From Dimorphilus gyrociliatus (lineage: Eukaryota; Animalia; Annelida): a stretch of 64,000 bases of DNA. Every line of letters begins with the position of its first letter. Positions within the stretch are counted from its first letter, which is position 1. The translations under genes and the position numbers were made by a program. The notes beneath the pieces were generated by a model. It did not search any database, was not told the origin of the DNA, and saw only the letters and a list, made by a program, of their open reading frames with translations. Shown in pieces: positions 1 through 13,680 of this stretch. The stretch lies in assembly GCA_904063045.1 (NCBI GenBank), contig CAJFCJ010000026.1, positions 474,964 through 538,963 of the forward strand, in the 5' to 3' direction.

Positions 1-291
1 AAAACTATCAAATCATCATCAAAAATATCGAGATTAAACGTCAAAAGAAACTAAAATTTGATTATGAAATAAACGTCAAATGAGCAAAACAGAGAGAAAT
101 AGAAAAAAGTATTCAATTATCGTTAATCAATTTCAATCGAACAGAAAAAAAGAACAAAAACGTTCTATTCATTCTTTTCTTAACGAAAATGTCAAAATTT
201 TATCGTTATTGTAAATAAAACAAATAAAACTTGATTATGAAATATTCGTCAAACGATACAAAATAAAGTTTATACTTGTAAGGCGGAAACG

Positions 292-307
292 CTTCTTCTT
301 CTTCTTC

Positions 308-339
<32 letters not shown>

Positions 340-351
340 ATCTTCTTCTTC
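292..351. repeat. Compound trinucleotide microsatellite (TTC)n-(GTC)n-(TTC)n
   Basis: Read directly: cttcttcttcttcttcttc tcgtcgtcgtc...gtca tcttcttcttc. Confidence 0.95.
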
Positions 352-475
352 TCGATTTTTCAACAATGTTCCAAGACAATTTCCTCTCGATTGCTCATCT
401 TTAACTATTCGTTTAAACCGTCTCAGGTAAATGTCTCACCTGTATTTAAAATCACCCTTTTATATTAATTAAGTA

Positions 476-1215
476 TCACGTGATGTTTTTTAACGAATTT
501 AACACGTGGCTGCTAATTATACTTCTCACCTGGATAAAAGATACCCGATTTTTACGTCTATTTCAACGGAAAAATGTATTAAAATAACGAAAATATTCTT
601 GTATAAAGCATAAAGAAGATGGAATGTTTGAAAAATACGATAAATATCCATGGAAAATACATTAAAAACGCACATGTTCCGAAAATTAATGGTCACGTGA
701 TGAGTAATTAGCGTCAGGTAAAACGTACTCAATTAGCGTTGAGTGAGTAGTTATTCTAAGCACACGAGTATCTTTAGATATGTAAATTAAACTTTCTTTC
801 GAATAAATTAAATAAATAAATAAACAAACAAAGAAAACAAAAACTTTTATCTGTAGTCACGTGACATTACTTTTTTTTTGTTGCTAATCAACGATAATTT
901 ATCTAAGACACACGTGACTCCACCTGAAAAAATTTTCAATCACGTGACATTCCATTTTTAGAACATTTGCGTTTTTAAAGTATTTTCCATGGATATTTAT
1001 CGTATTTTTCAAACATTCCATCTTCTTTATGCTTTATACAAGAATATTTTCGTTATTTTAATACATTTTTCCGTTGAAATAGACGTAAAAATCGGGTTTC
1101 CAAACGGCATTTGGGTAATTTTAAGGGTCACGTGATAATTGGTTAAAAAAATACCACGTGACATTAAATTTTGTATAAATAGGGCGGTTTTTCAGCAGTC
1201 AGGGCCATTAGTCGC
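476..1215 (+). promoter_or_regulatory. E-box (CACGTG/TCACGTGA) cluster ending in a TATA-Inr core promoter
   Basis: CACGTG at ~477, 504, 694, 858, 911, 941, 1129, 1155; TATAAATA at 1174-1181; Inr-like CCATT with A at 1207. Confidence 0.55.
543..1097. repeat. Near-perfect 137-bp inverted repeat (arms 543-679 and 961-1097, 281-bp spacer); foldback/MITE-like
   Basis: The reverse complement of 961-1097 matches 543-679 at 135/137 positions. No target-site duplication recognised. Confidence 0.92.
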
Positions 1216-1789
1216 TATCAGCGCAAAGGCCGAAGAAGAAGAAGCCTATTTTCTCTCTCCAACCCGCCCTTATAATATTATCCTCTTATCCTCACAACCT
1301 CCTCATTTTCAGAGGCTTATCACATTATCCAATAGTTTTGATGCCAATGGATTTTGAATAATTGTCTATTTACCCTTAGTTTGGCAAATAGCAATTATTA
1401 TTTTTGGAATTACCATTAAACCTAAATTAATCTCGAATAAGATAGAAATCTTTTCAAAAGAAAGAGATAAAGATTTATCATTAAGATAAAATCTTGATCA
1501 TTTTTTTTGTTTATATTAAATTCTCTTAATTCCATAGTTTTCGACCAGTTGTCATCTTTAATATATCCGTTTTGCGAATATTGTCATGATAATCCACTTG
1601 AAATATTGGATATGTTACTTTGAGATGTATTGAAACTCTTATCTTCATGATATTTGATGAATGGAAATTTAATTCCTTTTTTTTACAACATCACATCACT
1701 TTATCTCTTCCGTTGAGATGATGATTGCAAACTGATAGAATCCTTGTCGTACCTATGTATTATATATACATATACATCAAAGAGTGACC

Positions 1790-2130
1790 CCTCTTGACCT
1801 TTTTCGGCATCAAAATCTTGTCTAAAATGAGGATTGATATGATAAGTTAAATCTCTTCCCTCTACCTATGCGTTGACCTATACCCTTACAACAACAAAAA
1901 CAACGTCGACCTTGACCCATTCAATAATATCGACCGAGGTCAAGGTCGAGGTGAATGTCTAGGTCAATCACGAATTAAATGTGTGGAGATTAGTTAAAGG
2001 ATTTCAAACACGCAAAGATTTTTTTAGTGTTACAAATGAAAACAAACATCATTCGCTCGACCTTCACCTTCAAATTTATCTCTTCCTTCACCCACACACA
2101 TTTCTCGACCTTTATCTACATGATATAGTC
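1790..2130. promoter_or_regulatory. Cluster of nuclear-receptor-like half-sites (CCTTGACC / AGGTCAAGGTC / CCTTCACCTT)
   Basis: cttgaccttt, ttgacctata, cgaccttgaccc, gaggtcaaggtcgagg, taggtcaa, ctcgaccttcaccttc, ctcgaccttt in ~340 bp. Function is inferred from the motif only. Confidence 0.4.
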
Positions 2131-5100
2131 CACCACCTACACATTTACATTAATTCCCATTCACAAAATCAGATACATAGGCTTCTTGAATTTTTTAATA
2201 GTGTGGTTCCCGTTCCGAAAAGACGTATTTTCTTTAAAGAAAATTATATTTTTCAGTATGGTTTCTCTTGAAAAAAGTACAGAGATTTATTATTTTTCTA
2301 GTGTGGCGTCTGTTCCTTCCCGTCCAAAAATGAATTTCCACAATTTATTTTAATTTTAATTTTCTATATTTCGCTTGGTGCTTTCGTGAAAACAAAACTC
2401 ATTGTTTAGTTTTTCTTAAAAGTCTGTTAATGTGGTTCCCTTAAAAACAAAACAAATTAACAAACTAAGCTAAAAAGCATCTATTATTTAAGGAAGGAAA
2501 CCACTCTAATATAGATTTTTAAATGCACATTTCTAAAACTGTTTAAAGGTATCATCCTACAAAACATTTAAAAATTGCTCTAGTATGGTTCCCTTTTCTA
2601 CACGACGTGTTTAAATTTTTACTTTAAACCATTGACATGTAATGTGTATAGTTTGTTTTAGAAAATGGACGGGAACCACATGGGTTCACTGTGAAAATAT
2701 TTTTTCTATTAAAGAAGTAAAAATTTTTTATTGCACCAGGAACCACACTAAACCAGTATGGTTCCTGATCCAATAGAAAAGTATAAAAAATTTTTAATTC
2801 TTTAATAATTTTTACACATGTAGTATGGTGCTTGTTTTTTTAGAGTGGTTCCTTTTTAAAAGAGTACTCATTTAACAGTTTTTTTTTCTTATAAAAGATT
2901 TTTGTTGTTTGTTGATAACCTTCATATTCGAATAATTGTCATCTTGAGTTGGTTTTTTCGATAACGGCCTAAAATTTAAGATTCTTTAATTAGTATGGTT
3001 CCTTTTTTAACTATATCATATACAAAACAATAATAACAAATCATTTATAACAAAGCAAACTTTTTATCATAATGTCATAGTGTGCTGTTAAGGGAATAGA
3101 AACCACATTAAAGTAATATGTTTTATTTCTATCTAAAATTAAACATTTTAGAAAAATTTTTAAATGCATTGATCTGGGGACAGGACATGAACCATACTAG
3201 TAAATGTTTTTATTCCCTTGTGAAAAAATATTAACTTCAGTGTGTAGGGGGGGGGGACAGAAACCACATTAAAATACTTGTGAAAAATAAAAAGAAATTT
3301 AAAAAAGTTTTTTTATTTTGGACAGGAAGGGAACCATTTTAGAAAGAGATGTATAATTTAATAATTAAACAGACTGTTCATTATAAATTGAAATAAAAAA
3401 TCGAAAGATAAAAGGTTTTTAATGAAAAGAAAATTAAAATTTATTTTTGTATGGTTCCCTTTTTCACTATTCCCATAAGTAACAATCAAAACTTTGCTTT
3501 TTAGAATAACAGCGGGCATGGAGCCACACTATATATTTGATTTATATGCTTTTTTGACAGGGTAGTAACTACAGTTTTAAAAAAAAACGACGAGATTTTC
3601 AAGTAAAAATATTGAAACAATCGACGGGACAGAAACCACTTTAAAATAAAAAAATCTTCTGAAAAGGATTAAAATTTTTTGCAGCGGGAAAGGAACCACT
3701 CTACAATATAAAAACGGCTGTTTTTAAGGAACACATGTCCAAAAGCATTTTTAAAAGTTTTTTTAATAATTTCAAAAAGACATTTTTTTTTTGATGGATT
3801 GGAACCATACTTTCCAAAGTTTTTTGATCTTTGCGGAGAACCACACCAGAATCTTGAATCTTTGAGGAAAATCAAACTAGAATGTCTTCAAAGTGAATTT
3901 TTTAAGGAACGTGAACCACGCGTTTAAAAGTGCTTTCGATATTTAAGAACCACTCTATAGTTTATAATATATTTAAAGACGATGAGTTTCTTTAAGAGGC
4001 ATGAACCATACTTTTTAAACTGTTTTTTTAATTGATAACCACACTAAAATACTTTTTAATGACAAAGTTTTTTTTGAGAGACTGGAACCACACTTTTTAC
4101 TCAAACGTTTTGATACTTGAGGAGAATTCCAAGACCGCGTGACGGGAACCACACTTGACATTATTTGACCCTCAATTTTGTATTTTAATTAATTTTTTAT
4201 AAACTCTAGTCCGGTTTTAATTAATTTCTTTCTTTAGGAACAAGAACCACACTAAAAAGATTTGAATTTGAAAGGGTACCATCATTGTTTGAAAGAGCAA
4301 CCACACTAAAATATATTTTATTGCACATTGTAAAAAATTATTGTGTGGAACAAGAACCACATTTGATAAAAATTTTTCTCTTTCCGCTTATTAATTAATT
4401 GTTTTCCAAAAGAATGCTGTTTTTTTTAGTATGGCTCTATTTCCGGGAAAAATTTGAATTTTTTTAAAGAATGGAACCATACTAAATCGGATTTTGTAGG
4501 AATTGCTTATTTTCGACAAAAAATATTGCATGTTTGTCAAGCTCGTAAATCTTCTGAACAATAAACATCAACTGTTGAGCAACGTCATATTTCATTTTTC
4601 TTCCTTTTATCTATTTTTTATGATATTAAAAGAGAGAAAGTCTACAAGAAAATGTTTGATTCAGCTAATCTATAACGGTTTTTACATTTACGTTATACTA
4701 AAATCTTTCAAATTTTCAAATAATTAAAAAATGTGGTTCCTGTCCCTCGAAAAAAAATTATTGTATTTTTTATTTAGCAAATCATTTTTAATCTATTTTT
4801 TTTAGATTGGAACTAGCATGGAATCATTTTTCTCAGAAGATTACCGTTGGATTTAAAAAATTTGAACCGTTAAATTTAAAAATTTAAATTGTTTAGTCTG
4901 CTAGGAACCATACTACTATACATCCAAATTGTCAAAAATATTATTAAGGATAGGAACAGGACAGAAACCATATTAAAAACTACTTGTAACATTTTTGCTC
5001 TGTTTTTGAACAGGAACTATGCTTATTTTGGTCAATCAAGACTAATTCTAAAAATGTTTAAATAACAAATTAATATCTTTTCGTAAATCTCATTAGTGTG

Positions 5101-8100
5101 GTTCTTTTTTCGATCACCTAAAAGAAAAATTTTCAGGGTTAATAGTATGGTTCCTAGCCCTAACCTGAAAATATCCTAATCAAAAATTAGAAGTTGTTGG
5201 ATTAGTAGTTTTTTATAGGAACCACACTAAAAGGCAATTGAAGAAAAAGAGATTAGTTTTTTGAACCATTTTTTAAACAATTTTGTTGTTTGGAATAGGA
5301 ACCACCCTATAGTACATTTATAATTTATCAAAATTTTTAAAAAAGGAATCTAAGTAACCTGGTTCAAGTATTTTTTTATTTCAATTTTCTTTGCGTAACT
5401 AAAGTAGAGGAACCATATTAAATGTTGTCATAAATTTTCAAAATGGCTACTACCGTTTTAGAACACAGAATATTAAAATAATATTTTAACAAGATTTTTG
5501 AATGGAACACGAACCACACAAACTTTTTAAATTAACAAAAACTTGATTGAAATAACAAAAAAAGTAAACAATTACTTTAAAAATGTTAATAGTGTGGTTC
5601 TTGTTCCTAGAGATTTTTAAAAATTAAAAAAAAAAAAAAAATTTATCTCTTCAAATTTTGTCTAGTGTGGTTCCCCACTCCAAAAATATATAAACAAATC
5701 GATTTGAAGCGAAAATCACGATGTTCTAAAGTAATTCGTTTTCTACGAGTTATATCATTTACGAAATAATTGTTTATAGGGGAAAATGAAACAGGAACCA
5801 CTTTGAAAGAAGGAAATAATTTAGATAAGTGGTTAAGTATTTTAAATCCATAAAAAAAACTATTTCAGAGTAATGACAACAATGTTATAGAAATGTTGCA
5901 CAACATGTTTGTTATTTGTGGATGCCTGAAACCAGTCTAAATAATGTTAGAGAAACTCTTTTTATTTCCAATGTACAGCTTTTTAGAAAGAAGAGAACCA
6001 ACATTTTTTTCAGAGTAATAGTTTATAGTGTGCTGTTTTGAACAGGGAACCAGGCTACGAATATTTAATGAATATGATGATAAAATATATGGATGACAGA
6101 AACCATGTTGAACTTGACCTCTCTTTTTATATTATCGCTCAAGACACTTGGAAAAAGCTAGTATTTAAAAACACAAATTTTTATCGGAATAGAAACAACA
6201 TTATTTTTTATTTAGTATATTTTTATATTGCATGTAACCAGTCTAAAATATATATTTGTATTTCAGCATTACATGTAAATAATTTGTAACAAAAAAAACT
6301 GGTTTCTATTCCAGAATACTTTTTTTTTCGTTTTTTAAATAATTTTCACAGAAAATATAAACCATTTTTTGGAGGATTAGTTAAATAAGTATGGTGCCAT
6401 TCATTTATATATTTAGTTTAATTAAAGTATCATTATATGGTTTTTTTTGTGGAAGATGTATATTTTAAAAAAAAAATTTTTAGAACCAGTCTAAATTCTG
6501 TTTTTAAAAAAAATTTTATTAAATAAGTCCTAGTTTGCTCAGGATGCTTCTTCTTCAACCAGATTACAATAGAAGAATATATCAATGTTTCCAGGTCAAG
6601 GATACATTAAAAAGGAATTTTCTCTTAACCTGGTTAAACCTAATTTTAAAAACTTTTAAAATAACGGTTGAAATCTGGTTTCTAATCCAATTTTAAAAAA
6701 GGTCATTGTTATATAATGTTGTCATTTACAGTAGATAAAATTTTTTGGAATACTTTAGAAGGCTACAAAAACTATTTTGATCCTGGTCATTTTCCCTAAC
6801 CCTGTTAACAAAAACCAGTAAATTAGTTAGATTTAAAAATTAAAAAAAAAGTGGTTCGTATTCCATAATACAAATCAGAAGAAATAATGGAAAAAAAACC
6901 ATGTAATTAACCCTTCTTTATTATAAGGAATACGTAACCATACTACATAATTATTATAGGTGATTCATCATAGGAGTAAACTAATGCTTTTTCGAAATGT
7001 GGTTTTTTTTATAGTAGATATAAACCCAATTTTTTAATTTATTATTTTTTTTATTTATGATAATTTAAAGTTAAAAAGTGTCAAGGTCATTTAAAAAAGG
7101 ATCTATTATCAATAAATTGGAGGTAGCAAAAATTTATAAAACTATAAAATAATACATTCAGTGTGCTAATATGGACAGGTACCATGCTAAAATATTTCTG
7201 TTCAAAAAGAACCTTTATTTCATCCACTGACACATGGTTAGATAAAACTGACTAAAAAATATTCAAATAATTTTGTACAGAACTGGAACCAGTTTAACGG
7301 AAAATTTTTTTGAATTAGAAACAGAAACAGAATTAAATAAGGACTAGTCTTAAAATCTTTTTAAAAAGTTTACTATAACTTGGTATTTTCTACTTGTAGA
7401 TGAAAAATTTTTGTTTTCATCAGGAACCAGACGATAAACGTGAAAAACTGGTTCTGATTAGAAAGTTTACTTTTGAATTGAAAGACAGGAGCCATACCAA
7501 AAATATTTAAATTTGTTTTTTTTCAATATGGCCGTCAATACTTCTAATCCATTGTTATAATACTTTAATCTGGTTCTCCTTCCTTTCTGAAAATTCTCAC
7601 CAAATCAATCTGCTGTCAAGATAAAGGTCATGTTAAAGCTATGTTGTTTTAAGGAGAACATTTTGAGACGATCACTTGTTTTATTTAATGGGAACCAGTC
7701 TAATAAATTTTTTTAAATATTTTTTGTCTTTTAACATAAAAGAAATGACCTTTACATTGAGTTTTTAATTTTTTTAACAGATTCCAAGTTCCCTGTCTTT
7801 CATTTGAAGTTAATCAGGAAAATCCTTGACCTTTTTATTTCTCCATATGGGAAGCATTAGTGTGGTTCCCTTCTCTAAAGGTCAAGATTATCCAAGGTCA
7901 ATTATATTACTGTTGTTAGGTTTCTACACACAAAATTTACATTCCATTACCCAATTAGTATGGTTTCCTTTAAATATTTTATTAAAAACAACAATATTAT
8001 TCATTTTGAAATGTTACTTTTTTTTAACTTTACTTTTTAATGTGGTTTCTCCCTAAGTCACAATTCTCCCAAATTTCATTTAGTATGGTTAGTCTTCCAA

Positions 8101-8789
8101 GCAAACAAAATTGAAATTCATTTTAAAATATTTTTCTTAATAAAAATTATTCATCAAAATGATTAAAGATAGAGATGGGAACCAGACTAGAATAGTGATT
8201 ATTGTTTTGCTCATAGTGTAATGTAGATCCCTCGCCATTTCTCCAAATAGTCATTCTTTAAATAGTCTAGTATGGTTGCCAACCAAATTGAATTCATACA
8301 GAAATAAGAATATAAACATGGTTCCTCATAGTTAATAATTCTCAACCTAGTGTAAATCAATTGGAAATTATGAAAAATATTTCAGTTGGGTTTTAGACAG
8401 GAACCACACTATCATTATTTTTTTTTGTTTTTTAGAGATTGAAATAGTTATAATATTGTTTTTGTTTTAGTTTTCACATTTATGGATTGTTAAAATGGTT
8501 CCTTAGCCAATTTTAAAATGGGGAATGGATCCTGATTGGGACTGCCTTTGGCAAAAAAACTGCAATCACATATATTCATTAGTGACATTTTTTAGTTAAT
8601 AATTGTTTTTTTGTTGTTAGTGCAATAGTAGAATATTTTTCCCGTCATACTCTTAACAAGTAAGGGACAGAAACCACATTTTAAATTTGTTTACCTCCAT
8701 TAAAAATTTTAATAGGGAACCATACTACAAAAAATCACATATATTTGTTATCTAAAAAGATATCTCTGCCAGATTTTTAATATCTCACT

Positions 8790-9125
8790 TTTCATATTTT
8801 TGTAATGCTTTCACTCACATCTCAATGTCTTTTTCTCTGTTAAGCTGGAATAAGATTGCTCTCAGGATTCCATTTAATCAATTATAGAATCCTTCTACAT
8901 CATTATTAGTTCTAATTGCATTATGATACACTGACCATTACTTTGGTTCAAAACCAACAATTGCATTTGAAGTTAATAAGATGGTAAACAAAACCAGTGA
9001 AACTGGTATAATCTTTTCTGGTTTTATCACTCAAAAACTTCAATAAATCAACAAAACATTTTAAATATTTAAAACAACAAGAAAAAAGATATTTTCTCAC
9101 TTACTGCGGCGACTTGTATCCAATT
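8790..9125 (-). mobile_element. Internally deleted Mutator-like (MULE) remnant: 5' leader joined to transposase C-terminus
   Basis: Minus strand from 8937 reads WSVYHNAIRTNNDVEGFYN*LNG, the same RTNNDVEG motif as the 24886-25272 ORF. Segment 8985-9125 is homologous to 30370-30505. Confidence 0.75.
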
Positions 9126-11154
9126 CTTGGAATACATTGTATACAGTTAGCTTTTCAAGTGAAAGGAAAAAATAAATAAATGGAACAGGAACCATACTTT
9201 AATTTTTATCAAAAAACCTTGTTTTATTCATTAATGTCTGGTTAAGACAGAAAATATGTTATTAGTAAAGTTGTTGGAAAGAGGAGAACCACACTAAATC
9301 AAGTATTAAAAAATTTAAAGTTTTACTTTTCTAAAATTAATGGATTATATAATCCGGAAACCACACTAAAAAATTTTTAAATGTATTTCTGATTGGAAAG
9401 GGGAACCACGAGAGAATTTAACGTTTTTACACTTTTTCTACAGTTTAAAAATTTAATTTCAAAAAGTGTGGTTGCCTTTTTAAAATAAAACAGAGCTTTT
9501 TTTGAAAGTCTGTAGTGTGGTTCCAGTTCAAGAAAAGAAAATGTCTGTCTGAAAAAAGAAATTTTAGCATGGTTCCCTTTCAAAAAGCCTTCAAAAGTTT
9601 TAAAAAAAAAGAAAAACATACCAAAGAAATTTAGTGTGGCTCCTATCGCCTATGATATTATTTTTTAATAAAATATTTTCATTTGAAATTGTCATACAAT
9701 GTGGTTCCCCATTCAAACAAAACACAAAAAAGTATGCTGTTTTAAAAAAAACCATGCTATTGATATTCTGCTATTAAAAAAAGTTTGCTAAACGTTAAAT
9801 ATACATCTTAAAAAATATTGTTTTGAAGAAGAACCACCCTATTAAACACATGCTTAAAAAGCTATTGACAGGAAGAATAAGTTATTTTTTAGAAAAGTAG
9901 AAAAACATCTGTTAAAAAATAATGCATTCTAGAAGACAAAGAAATATTTTGTTTTGTGACAGGAACCATACTAATATACATTTGCTGCCCTTGCTCTGAA
10001 TGGGAAATATTGCTAATATATAAATTTGTTCTTTTAATTGAAACCAATCTAGAATGCTTTAATTAATAGTGTTTTGTGTAGAACTGGAACCATACTAGAA
10101 TTCACATATGAAAATTACCTAAAAATTCAGTCTCCTTTTTTTTACTTTAAATTTTATTTTAGACTGGTTCCTTCATGGAACAAAATCACATTTTTTTATA
10201 AATTATCAATTATATTTTGTTTTAAAAAGGAATAAATATTTTTCATTTAAAAAAGTATGGTTCCCTTTCCGGTAGATATTACTTTTTGAAATTGTTAGGA
10301 ATTTAATTTTTAGCATTATTTAAATGGTATGGTTCTTTTGTTGTTAAATCTTTTTCTTTTCTATATATTTAAGATTTATAGGACATTTTCAGAAAATACC
10401 TCTGGAATAGATATAAAACCATATTTTAAATAGAATAGGAACCATACTAGATTGTATTTTATATTGAGTTTCATTTTAAGAGGAACCACACTAAAAGTAA
10501 ATTTTAAATATTTGAAAAGTTTAAGTAGATGGTAAAGAAACCATACTACAACACAAATAAAAAACGGCAAAAAATCCACATTATTAATTATGTGTTTATT
10601 TAGAAAATCGACAGGAACCACTTTAATCAGTGACTGTAATCAAATTGGTATGCATATTGAAGGAACTGTTTTATAATTGCACACATTTAAAATTTGAATA
10701 TTTTCGCAGGGACAGTAACCATGCTACAACAAGATGGGACAGGAACCACATTAGAATGTTTGAAAAATGTATTCCTTTTTTTATCAAAAAAATAATGGAC
10801 ATTTTTTTGTTACGATAGTGACAAGAACCATATTATTGTCTTGGTTAGGATAGGAAAACCTTTCCCAATAAAAAAATTGTCCATCTTTTTTTAGTTTGGT
10901 TCCCGTTCAGATCTTTAATGCAGGAAAGTGTGCTTTTAGTATGGTTTCTCTTCAAACAATACAATAGATATGTAGTATGGTTACTGTGATGTTGTAAAAA
11001 AGCAGAAATCTTGTTAAATTTAGTGTGGTTCTTGTAAAAAAAGGAAGACATTTTAAAATATATTGTTTAAAGTATTCAAAATCTTTCACTTTGGAAAGAA
11101 GTTTACTTTGAAAGTCAAATTATTTTTAAATGCTGAATAGTTGCAAAAAAGTAT

Positions 11155-11580
11155 GCATGACAACTTTTACATAATTAAAGGTAGAAATCAACTGGGAAAA
11201 GAATTTTCCCATCAATGATGGATATTCATTCACTCTGAATGCTAAAACTTTAAAAAGTATCACTTGGGTGTGCAGTAAGAGGACCAAAAAACAAAGATGC
11301 CCTCCAAGAGTTTGCCAGTAAGCAAAAACATTTATCAAGGGGAAACTTGGAACATATTCATGGTAAAAATCATCATCTAACAACAGATTTGTAAAACTGA
11401 CATAGCTCAAAGATGAAAACAATGAGAGAATTTTTATATTTGGAAGCAACCATCAATTTAACTTTCTTATTCAGTCAAATCACTTGTTCTTTGATGGAAC
11501 ATTTAAAATTGTAAAAGATCCATTTTATCAGCTCTTATCTATACACAGCTTTATGACAAAAGATGGTGAAATGAAATATG
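11155..11580 (+). mobile_element. Degraded MULE transposase (FLYWCH + first catalytic Asp region)
   Basis: With frameshifts: IIKGRNQLGK..NDGYSFTLNAKTLKSITWVCSKRTKKQRCP (FLYWCH-like), then ERIFIFGSNHQFNFLIQSNHLFFDGTFKIVKDPFYQLLSIHSFMTKDGEMK. Confidence 0.85.
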
Positions 11581-12979
11581 AGAGCTGTATCAAAAATCTA
11601 TCCACAATCACAAATCCATGCATGTGTATTCTATTTCACAAAAGGTAATTTTATGTAAAATATTCAGTTTTTCTTTACAATGAATGTTCTTTCAAGTCTC
11701 TTGGCTACTCTGAATATGCAGAAAGGAGAGAACTGGACTATGATTTTGAACCCAAAATCAGACTTTCATCATTATCACTCACACTACCAGGACATTAATC
11801 ATGCTTGTTATTATTGCCACTAAATCTCAAAAATTTCTTTTTAGAATCCATTTTTGGAAATGATCTGTCACTGCTTACACTTGGTTTGTGTGAATAATCA
11901 TCTTTCAACACTTTTGTAATCACACTTTTTATTATTCAACAGTTTATCTATTTATTTAGAAAAAACTGGTAGAAGAAACATGATGAAATCTATTTCAAAT
12001 TCAGTACATTTGGTAACCTTTTTATTTTTTGCATTTTGATTGATACAAGAACCACACTAAAATATCTTATCACTAGGGCACAGTACTAAATGTATTTTGT
12101 GTGCTTTAGTGTGGTTCCCCTGCGAAACAAATTGTATATTAATTAAAATGTAGTATGGTTCTTTTCAGAACATTACCTATCAAAATTTATTTTTCACTTC
12201 AAAATTGTACAGTTATTAAAATATTTTCTAGTGTGGTTCTCTCTAGTATGGATCCACTACTTTAAATATTAATTAGTATGGTTGCTTTTCAGAGGGAGGA
12301 TGGGAATTTTAAAAGGTTTAACCATACTAGAGTTTATTTTATAGCATGGTTTTTTTTTTGGAAGAAAACTAAAAAAATTTTTAAAAAAGGTCAAGGTCAC
12401 TGAGAATATAGAGATCAATTTCAAAGGGGAAGGTAAAGTGAGAGTAATGCTATTATAAGATTAAACACATTTGAAGGATATTTTGAAAGGTTTCTAGGTT
12501 GTATTTCATAAATGATGATACAGATAAACTAGATTTGGAAAAGCACAAAAAACTTGTGTTTTAGTGTGGTTCCTGTCCAAACAAACTACTGAGTAATAAA
12601 GTAAATTAAAGTATTTTTATTGTTTGATTTTTAACCCTAGTGAATTATGTTTTATATAAAACAAATTAGTACAAAAATTTTGACCTTAACCTTTATTCTA
12701 ACCTTTCAACTTGCATTCTTAAAAGAAACTTTGCCTCTTTTTTTTTAAAACAGTTTTTGTTGAGTATCACCTTAAGGAATTTTTAATCAACTTCCGGTTT
12801 AATGAATTTTTAAAACAGCTTACAATATTCTAATGTTAATGGTACTGTAAACAAAAATTTGGAATATTTTACTAAAAACAATCTACCAGTTTACATTTAA
12901 AAGTCTTGTTTTGAAAAAATTTTTCTGTTGTGAAATTTTAAATTAAAATGAAAAAGTTTTTAGAAAAGTTTAAATCTAG

Positions 12980-13100
12980 TTTTTATTAAATTTTGTCTAC
13001 TTCTTGCATTTAACCTCTTCTTCCACCATTTATATTCACCTTGACCTCTACTTTCGCCTTGACATTCACTCTAACTTTTAAACATTGACCTTAACCTTGT
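12980..13100. promoter_or_regulatory. CCTTGACCT / TTGACCTTAACCTT motif cluster at the right edge of block A
   Basis: caccttgacctc, cgccttgacattc, ttgaccttaaccttg read directly. Confidence 0.4.
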
Positions 13101-13287
13101 TGCTTTACTTTTTGAAATATTGAAAAAAACATCATTCATAATAAAGAAATTGAAAATAATGTTTTATACATCTATTATCGCTCTTATTGGCCTTTACTTT
13201 TTTTTTAAAATGTGTGAGATTGGAAGTGTTTTCAAAAATTCAAAAGCAAAAAGTTTACAAAACAATAACAGACAAAACACAAAGATA

Positions 13288-13680
13288 ATCACGTGACTTT
13301 GAGAAATTTTTTTGAGTAACTACTCAAAAAGGGTTGAGTAAGTACTCAACTCGAATTGAGTAGGTCACGTGACGTGACACGTAGGAGTTCGACCACCTTT
13401 GGTCACGTGACCAAATCATTTTTTAATTCATCGATTTTAGCTTACTTTTACGTGAAATTTGTTTATTTTTTTAACGATTTAGCATTCTATATTGTAAAAT
13501 TGAGAATATTTTCTTTGAATTATCATTAAATACGTTGTAATTGGGGAGAAAATGGTATGTTTTAAATTGACACGTGGTACATTTTTTGGGTCACGTGGTA
13601 TAGGTGGCGTTGAAATTGTCAAGTGCTCAAAAATTTACATAAATAGACGGCAGTTTCGGCAGTACAGGTCATTCTCGTCT
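13288..13680 (+). promoter_or_regulatory. E-box cluster plus TATA-Inr core promoter, paralogous to 1128-1215
   Basis: tcacgtga/cacgtg at ~13289, 13364, 13402, 13570, 13591; CATAAATA at 13638-13645; TCATT with A at 13671; same TTTC and GCAGT offsets as the 1174 cassette. Confidence 0.6.

Larger units (their letters stand above)
2195..12575. repeat. GGAACCA-N2-CTA motif array, block A
   Basis: About 100 copies (manual estimate) of ggaaccacacta/ggaaccatacta/ggaaccagtcta or reverse complements, separated by non-identical A/T-tract spacers. Confidence 0.9.

Noticed and set aside
240-430. Minus-strand frame with poly-Asp/poly-Lys (EEEDDDDDDDDDDEKKKKKKRFR)
   Set aside because: No in-frame start or supportable splice acceptor; explained by the microsatellite. 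It could still be the 5' region of a gene left of the window.
476-13620. Calling 476-13620 a single transposon with true TIRs
   Set aside because: The ends share motif classes but do not align as inverted repeats, and the promoter cassettes at both ends are in direct orientation. Kept only as an architecture observation.
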